64,000 nt of DNA from the human T2T-CHM13v2.0 reference genome, Homo sapiens: assembly GCF_009914755.1 (NCBI RefSeq), contig NC_060927.1; one strand, written 5' to 3'. Numbering within the stretch: the first letter of the stretch is position 1; the number at the start of each line of letters is the position of its first letter. Both the position numbers and the translations under genes were made by a program. The notes under the pieces are model-generated. The model ran no database searches and was not told the origin of the DNA. It worked only from the letters and a program-made list of their open reading frames with translations. This document shows positions 54,862-64,000 of the stretch, piece by piece.

Positions 54862-55135
54862 GAAAGAACGAGAGAAAGAAAATAGGAAAGAGAGAGAGAG
54901 GGAGGGAGGAAGGAAGGAAGGAAAGAAAGGAGGGGAGAAGAGGGGAGGGGAGGGAAAGGAAGGGAAGGGAATGGGACAGGAGGGGAGGGGAGGGGAGGGG
55001 GAGACGAGAGGAAGGGAAAAAGAAGAAAAGAAAGGAGGGGAGGGGAGAGGGGAGGGGAGAGGAGAGGAGAGGAGAGGAGAGGAGAGGAGAGGAGAAGAGA
55101 GGAGAGGGAAAAAGAAGGAAGGGCAGGGCAGGGCA
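54862..55135. repeat. Polypurine low-complexity tract ((GGAA)n, (GGGGA)n, (GAGGA)n, (GGGCA)n)
   Basis: Directly visible. Confidence 0.93.
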
Positions 55136-56623
55136 GGCTGGGCTCTTTCACCATCCAGCAAAGTGAGCTCAACCAGATTACCACTTCCAGGCCATGGTTT
55201 CAAGCACCTGTCTTTAATGAGGCTGTATTTTCTGAACCACAGTTGGGCCACTTGGATGGAGGAAAGCTGTCAGGGAGGCAGGGTAATATGGTGTTCCAGC
55301 TTTTTAGCTAGGTACTTCAGTGCTCTGGGCCTCTGGTCCCTCATCTGTAAAATGGAGAGAATGGCACCAGCATGTCATACAGATCCCTGAGCAAGTCATG
55401 CAAGGAAGGGTTGGCCTGGAGCCTGCCTGCAGTCCAGGCCTCACACTTCAGCAAATGTAGCTGGCACTACGATGGCTGGGACCCCTGTGGGATGCTCAGG
55501 TTGCAAGTTGAAGTGCTGGCTGTTTTGCTGATTCATGGCACCCTTTCTTACACTTTAGCCTGCCTGGAAGTCACCCAAGGAAATTGTTACAATCTACAGT
55601 CTCCAGATGGTTAACTCTTCCTGGGTTCAGGCCCAGAGTGACTCAGGCAGTCTGGGATGGGGCCTGGGAACCTGCACTGTTACAAACTCTGCCTGGGTTG
55701 CTGTGGATCCCAAAGCCTGTACTGTGAGAAGGCACAAGGTCAGTCACCAGATCCATCCTCAGGTGATCCCATTGGTGTTGGGATCAATGTGGCCAACTCC
55801 ACATCTTTCCATGCAGAGGTGATAGGACAGGGAACTAGGATGCAGGCAGCATCTGGAAAGAGTGTCGTGGGTACAGGCTGTCCATCAAAGGGACAGAGAG
55901 GAACAATGGACATGGTTGGGTCACACCTGGGTGCCCTGCACAGTTCCTCACCCTGGTCAAATGGTGGATAAGGTCCTGCCTCAATTGTGAAGGCCCTAGA
56001 GACAGTCACTTTCCTTAGCCCAGCTCCACCTTAGGACGCCCAGCTTTGTGCTTGGTTTAGTCGTTCTTCATTTGCTCACTCAGTCAATCAACAAACACAA
56101 TCTGAGCTCCTCCACAGTGCCTAGACTAACATGCATTTGGTGCCTCCATGTGCCAGGCTCTGTGTCAGCAAAAGGATCATGACCTTCAACTTGTCACTTC
56201 TTGGAACCATCTATATAAAGGACAAAATAAGAATACGTATTAGAGAGTGTTATGGTGAGCATGCAATGAGATAATGCATTTTAAGGGCTCGGGCCCGGCC
56301 TACTGAATGTCAGGAGTGGCCAGTATTCCCTATAGCATGTGCCTCCACATTCAAGTTCACCTGTCACCCTGCCCCCAACCCTCTGTATCCCAGGAGCAAT
56401 AAACTTGCCTCAGGTCCCCAGAGGCCCTGCTCAACTCTCTTGTTTCCAGGCCTTTGTAATGCTGTTGCCTCTGCCAGGAACACTCTTTCTCCCTTCAACC
56501 TCTCTTCCACCCGCACACACACTGCCTAATTCGTCCCTGAGGTTGCCACTGTCACTTCTTTAGGGTTGACTCCGCAACACCACCTCCTAACTAGTAGGAC
56601 CCCCTGCCACGCATTCTACAGAA

Positions 56624-56836
56624 CAGAACTTCTCAACTTTGGCACTTCTGACATTTTGGGCTGGATAATTCTTAGCTGTGGGGCTGCCCTGTGCATTACA
56701 AGGTGTTTAGCAACATCACTGGCCTCTACTCACTAGATGCCAGTAGTTCTCCCAAAGTTATGCAACCCAAAATGCCTTCAGACATGAACAAATGTCCTCT
56801 GGGTAGGGCAGAATTGCCCCCCTGTTGAGAACTGAG
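56624..56836 (+). mobile_element. MER20 hAT-Charlie element
   Basis: ttctcaactttggcacttctgacattttgggctggataattctt…ctagatgccagtag…aaatgtcctctggg…gttgagaac. Confidence 0.88.
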
Positions 56837-58783
56837 TTAGCGCCTTGCCTCTCTACCTGTGTTCAACACCTGTCTTCCCTAAGAGACTCTGAGCTCTATG
56901 AGGACAGGTGCTAGGACTGCCTTGTTCACTAACAAATCTCCGGCATGGAATCACTTCCAGGTGGAGAAAGCACTCGACAAATTGTTGCTGGATAGACAGA
57001 TGGGTGAATGACTGGATGAATTGATTTGTTCAAAGTCACACTGCTAGCAAATGGCGCGGCTGGACCTGGAACCTGGATCTTTGACTGCAGAGCCTGTGCT
57101 CTTTCTACCCTACAATACAGGGCTTTTGATCCTGCACCAGATGACCCTCTCCAGGCCTTAGTAATGACAGCAGCTCAAGCTCACTGAGAGGCCTCTGGAG
57201 GCTGGGCTCTGGAGTAAGCCCATCTCATGGCTTATTGGTATAAATACTCAACAGAACTCTGTGGGGTAGGTGCTGCTTTAATCTCCATTACAGGGAGATG
57301 AAGTAATTCCATCAAGTCTTGCAGCTAGGGAGAGTCAGTGCTGGGGGCTCCCTGCAGGAGGCTTCTCAGAGTCTGCATCAGACCAGGTATACAGAGGTCA
57401 GGGCCAGCGTCCACCTTGCCCTGTCCATGGCCAGGCAAGAGGTCCTGGAGTGCACTCATCAAAATTGCAGGTGTTGAGTGGAAAATCAAAGCCTACCACA
57501 GTAGACAGAAACAAAACTCACCTGCCTTGACCCTGCTACTAGATGACAAGAACATGAAATATCCCTTAAGAATTTGTGTTACTTACATGGTCCAAAAGCC
57601 TTAAGTGGAAAATTAAATGTAGCAGCAACCAGGTTTGGGACCACTCCCAGCAGACAGCAGAAGCAAAAAGAAATTTGCTCTGGAAAAATTCAACTTAAAT
57701 CCAGACTTCAAAGAATTAGCAAAAATAAATGTTCTAAAGAAAATAAAAATCTCAGAGTTAAAAATTAAAAAATATATCAGAAACAAAGCACTATAAATAA
57801 GAACCAGGAAAACTAACAGGCTACAGAAACAGAACACGAAACGAGATCAAACATTAGAATTATCAGGTACAGAATAGAAAATCTTATATTTATGGAAATA
57901 AAAGAAGTAGAGTGAAAGCAGAGAGGAAAACAGCCAACTAGAACTTTTAGAAGAAAAAATATAATATGAATTTTGAAAACGTTTTATTTAAAATAATTAG
58001 AGATCACAGGAAGTTGCAAAGCTGGGATAAAGAGGTTCTGTGCACCCTTCACCCAGTCTCATCCACTGTTACATCCCACAGCACTAAAACAACTGCAGAT
58101 GATGCTGCATTAGCAATTGCTAATACTCTGGGAGAAAAAGAGAACTATCAGTGTGCCCCTGACTAATGGAAAATCACGATCCTGCAAAAACAAAACAAAA
58201 CTTCACAAAATTCTTGGAGGTGGAAAAGCAATAACTGTAATATTGGCAGGTGGAAAAGTAATGCCAATGTGTGTTTGAGCCCCAGCACAGAAGAAGAAGA
58301 CCCTGGGGGTCCCAGAGGCACACAGGTTGAGACAGCCGTACGGTATTGTTGCCATCCCTAAGTAGTTCTCCTTTCTTTATCCTTTCCCAGAGCAGGACTA
58401 AATTTTACCTCCCTCCAAGCCATGCAAAGCTCCTGATTTTACAGACCTTCTTTGCTCCCCTATGCCTCCAGGCCAAGTCTAAACACATCCTTTCAAACAA
58501 GCTCACTGCTAGCTCCCAACCTCCACAAGATTAATTCCTCAAACTACCACATAGACTCTCTTGGTACAGCCAAAATTGTTTCCTGCATGTCCTTCAGACT
58601 TGCTGTGACAAGACTGTATTTTCCAAAGAGGAATGCAATATTATCTCCCATTCCACATGCTCTGCTTATAGTGTGACTTTGACTTTCCTTTCATTGAGAG
58701 GTGGAGTTTACGTCCCCTCCCCTTCAAACTAGATAGGCTTTTCTGACTATTTTCACCAACAGAGTTCGGTAGACATGACATTA

Positions 58784-59374
58784 CAGTTGACTCTTCAACA
58801 ACACAGGTTTGAATTGCAACGGGTCCCCTTATACCCAGATTTTCTTCTGCCTCTGTCATCCCTGGGATAGCAAGACCAATCCTTCCTCTTCCTCAGGCTA
58901 CTCAGTGTGAAGATGATGACAATGAATCATCACCTTTATGATGACCCACTTCCACTTAATGAATAGTAAATATATCTTTTCTTCCTGAATTTTTTTTTTT
59001 TTGAGACGGAGTCTCACTCTGTTGCCCAGGCTGGAGTGCAAGTGGCACGGTCTCAGCTCACTGCAACCTCCACCTCCTGGGTTCAAGCAATTCTCCTGTC
59101 TCAGCCTCCCAAGTAGCTGGGATTACAGGCACCTGCCACCACTCCTGGCTAATCCTGATGGTTTTCTTAATAACGTTTTTTCTCTAGCTTACTTTATTGT
59201 AAGAATACGGTAGGTAATACATATAAAATATGTGTTAATCAACTGTTTATGTTATTGGTAAGGCTTCCAGTCAACAGTAGGCTATCCGCAGTTAAATTTT
59301 GGAGGAGTCAAAAGTTATGCATGGATTTTTGACTGTGCAAGGGGTTGGTGCTGATGTTGTTTAAGGGTCAACTG
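58784..59374 (+). mobile_element. Tigger2a (TcMar-Tigger) element
   Basis: TIRs cagttgactcttcaacaac / gttgtttaagggtcaactg, each flanked by TA. Confidence 0.9.
58990..59152 (-). mobile_element. Alu right monomer (5'-truncated) inside Tigger2a
   Basis: poly(T)-gagacggagtctcactctgttgccc…cctggctaa; tcctga repeated on both flanks. Confidence 0.9.
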
Positions 59375-60169
59375 TATTTGACCTCTAAGGATACATCATA
59401 AAAGGCGATGCAGCTTCCACCTGAGTCTTTTTGGACATTTGCATTTGGAGCTCTAAGCCACTATGTAAGGCAGCTGACTGCTCTGAGGCCACCATGCTGT
59501 GAGGAAGCCCAAACTAGCCCACGCAGAGATCACATGGGGAGGTCCCGAGACTACATGAAGACAGAGATGCTCAGCCACTGACTCACTGCAACCTAGGGGA
59601 GACGCCAAACAAGAACCATCTAGCTGAGCCCTCTTTGATTTCCTGACCCACAGAAACCATGAGAGAGAATAACATAGTTGTTATTTTAAGCCACTAAATT
59701 TTAGGGTGATTTATTTTGCAGTAATAGGTAACCAGAACACTTGTCATGCCTGTTTTCACCTCCACACCTTTTCTCACCCAGTCCTTCCTGCCTGAGGAAG
59801 GGAAAGAGGATTCTTTCCTTCCTTTCCTCCTTTTGGTAACCTCCTCTTCACTGGGATGGGGGTGTGGGCAAGGGAGACCTCAGTGGAGCTGGCATTTGCC
59901 TCCAACCCTGAAACTTGCCTGGAGCTGGGCCCACTAACAACACGTGGGAGAGTACAGGGGCTGAGTCTCTGGAGCCAAGGGCTGAGCTAGCAGTGTGTGG
60001 GAAGACAGAAAGAGAGGCCTTGGCTCAAGAAAAAAGCTGAAGCTCAGTTCTCAGAAGGGACCCCATGATCAGTGTGAATGCAGCAAGATGGTCAACTTGA
60101 GGGTCTGTCCTCTCCCGGTGACAGGAACTATGGGGCGGTGATGATCATGGTGATGCTGATCTGTCCATT

Positions 60170-60358
60170 GCTGCATTGTGTTTAGCATTTTATATAGTCT
60201 CATTTAAGCCTCACAGTAACCTTTTGAGTTAGGTACTATGACTATTCCCGTGTTATAAATGAGGAAACAGAGGCCCAGAAAGAGGAGCAACTTGCCCAAA
60301 TTCTCACAGTTAGGGGCAGACACGAGATTCGAACTCAGGCTTGTCAGAATCCAGACTC
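60170..60358 (-). mobile_element. MIR SINE
   Basis: ctcatttaagcctcacagtaacc…ataaatgaggaaacagaggcccaga…agattcgaactcagg. Confidence 0.8.
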
Positions 60359-60595
60359 TCAGTCCCAGAAACAAAAGCAGGTGGGAGAGGGTGGGTTAAG
60401 AGATTCCAGGCATAAGCCTCTGGAGGCTTCTGCAGCAGAGAATTCCAAATGTGCCTTGATTTGCATTATCACTGTTTTGGTTTGCAAGAAGGAGAAGCTG
60501 ATCTCCTCCTTGATAAAAATGGAAAAGAACAAGGTAAGAATATGTGCACTCCTAGCTATCAAGATATAAACTTGCAGTAACTAAGACAGTGTGAT

Positions 60596-61370
60596 TATCT
60601 TAGTCCATTTAGGCTGTTATAACAAAAATACCATAGATTGGGCAGCTTAAACAACAAACATTTATTTTTCACAATTCTGGAGGCTGGGGAGTCCAAAATA
60701 CGGCACTAGCAGATTCAGTGTCTGGTGGAGGCCAACATTCAGATTCACAGACAATGTCTTCTCGCTGTTAGGCCTCTGAGCCCAAGCTAAGCCATCATAT
60801 CCCCTGTGACCTGCACGTACACATCCAGATGGCCGGTTCCTGCCTTAACTGATGACATTCCACCACAAAAGAAGTGAAAATGGCCTGTTCCTGCCTTAAC
60901 TGATGACATTACCTTGTGAAATTCCTTCTCCTGGCTCATCCTGGCTCAAAAGCTCCCCCGCTGAGCACCTTGTGACCCCCAGCCCTGCTCGCCAGAGAAC
61001 AATCCCCCTTTGACCGTAATTTTCCTTTACCTACCCAAATCTTATAAAATGGCCCCGCCCCTATCTCCCTTCGCTGACTCTTTTCGGACTCAACCCGCCT
61101 GCACCCAGGTGAAATAAACAGCCTTGTTGCTCACACAAAGCCTGTTTGGTGGTCTCTTCACACAGACGTGAGTGAAACTCGCTGTGTACTCCCACAGCAG
61201 AAAGTGTGAGAAAGCTCTCTGGGGCCTCTCTTATAAGGGTACCATTCAGGAGGGCACCACCCTCATGACCTAATTACCTCCCAAAGGCTACACATCCTAA
61301 TATCATCACACTGGGGGATGGGATTTAAATGTGTAAATTTTGGGGGGACACAAGCATTCAGCCCACAATA
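60596..61370 (-). mobile_element. MLT1A-type LTR (host of LTR7), inserted into an old L1
   Basis: tatcttagtccatttaggctgttataacaaaaatacc … ggacacaagcattcagcccacaata; 5-bp TSD gtgat at 60591-60595 and 61371-61375. Confidence 0.88.
60766..61177 (+). mobile_element. HERV-H solo LTR (LTR7 family)
   Basis: tgttaggcctctgagcccaagctaagccatcatatcccctgtgacctgcacg…; U3 repeat ttcctgccttaactgatgacatt twice; TATAAAA at 61043; AATAAA at 61113; ends gtgagtgaaa; TSD ctcgc at 60761-60765 and 61178-61182. Confidence 0.96.
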
Positions 61371-61375
61371 GTGAT

Positions 61376-62325
61376 ATTAAAACAAAGATGGGCAAAAATG
61401 CCAGTGGAATGAAACAGAGCTCAATAAATAGAGCTGGATCAACTGAATAATTACACAGTGAAAAAATGAGCCCAGACCCCTACCTCACTCCACATGCAAA
61501 AAATTATGGTAGATGGACTTTAGATCTAAATGTGAAAAATAAGAGAAAGCAGTTGTTACTCAAAATAGCCCCAAACTGGTAACAACCCAAATTTTCATCA
61601 ACAGTAGAACAGATCAATAAATTGTATACTCACACAGCAATAACAAAGGGCAGATTATTACTGCATGCAACAACGTGAATGTATTTCACAATTATAATGT
61701 TGAATGAAAGAGGTCAGATACAAAAAGACATACTGTATGATTCTATTTCTATAAAGTTCAAACAGGCAAACCTAACTGATGTTGTTAGATGTTAGGATAT
61801 GGTTATTTTTTGGGAAGAAGGTAGTGGTAATGAATAGCAGGGGCACAAAGGGAGGTTTCTAGGTTGCTGGCAAGGCTTTAATTATTGAACTTAGTGGTAG
61901 TCACAGAGGTATGTTCACTGTGATAATTCATCAAGTAATTCACTTATCATTTGTGCACTTTTCTATATGTGTATTGCAATAAAATAATTTATTTTAAAGA
62001 GTAACAGATGACAAATTATCCACAACAAATTGATAAAGGATAATAGCTTTAAAGAGCAGATAAAAATAAGTAAGAAACACTAAGACATCCTCACTAGAAA
62101 AATGAGCAAAGGCTATGTGAACAAAAGAGGCATTATAAATGGCTTGTATATACTTGAAAAAAAAATTTAAAACTTGATAGTAGTGAAACATGTTAGAAAT
62201 TTAAAGCAATGAGAAACCAGTTTTACCAAGCAAATTGATAAAGATTTAATAACAAATAATAGGAACTTTTTCTTTTGGCCACAGTGGAGTAACAGTGACC
62301 AGCTTCTTTCTCTCTCTCTCTCTCG

Positions 62326-62361
<36 letters not shown>

Positions 62362-64000
62362 CCCCCCCACCCACACACACATCACCTTAAAAAAGAAAAA
62401 CAGACAAAATTATATAAAACAATGGTTTCCAGTTATTGGACAACAGGAGCACAGTACAGTGATCTCTGAGTGGAGAGAAACCAAGGAAGACAGCTCTGTG
62501 ATCACCCATCTTACTTTGTTTGTGTTGAAAGTTCTTTTCAGGCCACAGAACAGGGAGAGGGAGCCCAAAGAGAGACTGGTAGTCTTTTTGAGTTGAGGAG
62601 GGAGAATTAAGAATTCATGGAGGCTAGACTTATCAGGCCAAAGTATCAGACAGTAGAATGCTACAGAGTGCTGAAGAGCTATCAAAAGTTCCCTTCAAAT
62701 CTTAAGCTGAGTATGAATCAGCACATGCATGTGCAGAAACTACCCAAGGCTTTGGAAGGAACCACTGAAAAGGAGTGGAGAGAACAATTACCATAACCCA
62801 CACAGAGCCTATAATGGTTTTTGTTCACACCAGCCAGAGTGGGAAGACTTCTAACACACACAGCATTAATTAGACTGCTCAGAAGGCTTTTTCCTCATTA
62901 GTGGGGCCAAATTAGATCTAGACTAAAAGATGTTCTGTTCCCACATAACAAAGCTTAAAAGCAAGCCTCAAAAAGTACCAAGCTGTTCTCTAGTAATTTA
63001 ATTGCAGCTCAGAACAAAGTTCAAAAATATTTAAAGAACATCAACAAAATCTAACACCCAATATAAAATTGACAATACATTTAAAAAAAAATTACCAGGC
63101 ATGTAAAGAAACAGGAAAATGTGACCCATAATGAGCACAAAACTCATTCAATTGAAATGGTTCCAGAAATGACACAGATGATAAAATTGATAGAATGACA
63201 TTAAAGCAGCTATTAAACAAATACTCTATGCATTCAAGAAGACAAAGAAAAGCATAGGTATGTAAAGGAGAGATATATAATATATAAACAAGCCACAAAT
63301 CAAACAACTAGAGATTAAAAGTAGAATGGCTGGGATATTAATAAGATTAACAGTAAATTAGATCCAGCAGAAGAACATCCTAGTGAATTTTATGGAGAGC
63401 AATTGAAACTACCCAAAATAAAATACAGGGAGTAAAAGGAAGGGGAGGAGGAGAAATCATCCATCAGCTATGGAACAAGGCACTTAATACTTATATGGAG
63501 CCCCCAAAGGAGAGGAAAAAAGAAGGGTTGAGACAGACTGAAAATCTATCCAAAGAAATAATGACCAAACATTTAATGAAAACTATTAATCCACAGACCC
63601 AAAAACCTCAACCAAGCCCTAGCATAAAGAAACATTAGAAAATTACACTAAAATCAAACTGCTTAAAATTACTAATAAAGAGAAAATCTTAAAAGCACTC
63701 AGAGAAAAAGCATAGGTTATGTACAGAGAATCAAGGAAAAGAAAAGAATAACAGAAGACTTTGCACTGTGAACAATGAATGCCAGAAGAAAGTGGAACAT
63801 TTTTAAAGGACTGGAAGAAAAAACTGTCAACCTAGAATTCTATGTATAGTAAAAACATCTTCAAAGCTTAAAGTGAACAACCAAGTGCTGGTGAAGATAT
63901 GGAGAAATTGGAACTCTAATATATTGCTAGGGAGCTTGTAAGATAGTGCCATTGGTATGGAAAACAATCTGGCCATTCCTCAAAAGGGTAAACATAGTTA
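61376..64000 (+). mobile_element. Cluster of old L1M fragments (ORF2/3' pieces; a 5'UTR-ORF1 piece ~62260-63870)
   Basis: gacccctacctcactccacatgcaaaaaatt (ORF2); aaagagaaaatcttaaaagca…cagaagactt…gccagaagaaagtgga…ctgtcaacctagaattctat (ORF1 C-terminus, degraded). Confidence 0.8.
62305..62382. repeat. (CT)n(CA)n microsatellite
   Basis: Directly visible. Confidence 0.9.

Larger units (their letters stand above)
58604..59739 (+). mobile_element. MLT1H-like LTR (host of Tigger2a)
   Basis: tgtgacaagactgtattttccaaaga…tatctcccattccacatgctct … ttttaagccactaa…ggtaaccagaaca; near-TSD cttgc/cttgt. Confidence 0.8.

Noticed and set aside
54771-55390. Pro/Ser/Leu- and Glu/Arg/Gly-rich ORFs
   Set aside because: Translation of the polypurine low-complexity tract.
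60766-61200. Full-length HERV-H provirus
   Set aside because: No tRNA-His primer-binding site or gag/pol follows the LTR, and identical TSDs flank a single LTR, so it is a solo LTR.

Overview
This is primate (almost certainly human) genomic DNA: Alu, L1PA, THE1 and LTR7 elements on a MIR/L2/MLT1-rich background. I find no supportable protein-coding exon, tRNA/rRNA gene or CRISPR array, and the supplied ORFs are explained by repeats, microsatellites or GC-rich sequence. The organising feature is a ~0.75 kb CpG island (~37850-38600) containing a non-coding first exon on the minus strand with a strong donor (CAG|GTGAGG, exon ends at 38207). This makes 1-38206 probable intron 1 and 38.6-64 kb upstream intergenic DNA. 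From memory only, the exon resembles the distal first exon of ATP2B2; this is unverified. The most notable structures are: (i) a 200-bp templated insertion copied from 1273 bp away and bracketed by a ~60-bp duplicated target; (ii) a 27-nt 'micro-Alu' retro-insertion with a perfect 12-bp TSD; (iii) a solo HERV-H LTR7 carrying the ACAAAAGAAG SOX-type motif, nested L1>MLT1A>LTR7 with both TSDs intact; (iv) three evenly spaced RFX X-box-like motifs; (v) a hairpin-bearing ~42-bp minisatellite; (vi) a G-quadruplex motif and GC-rich repeats in the 5' UTR exon. Repeat subfamily names are by-eye matches to remembered consensus sequences, and boundaries of old repeats are approximate.
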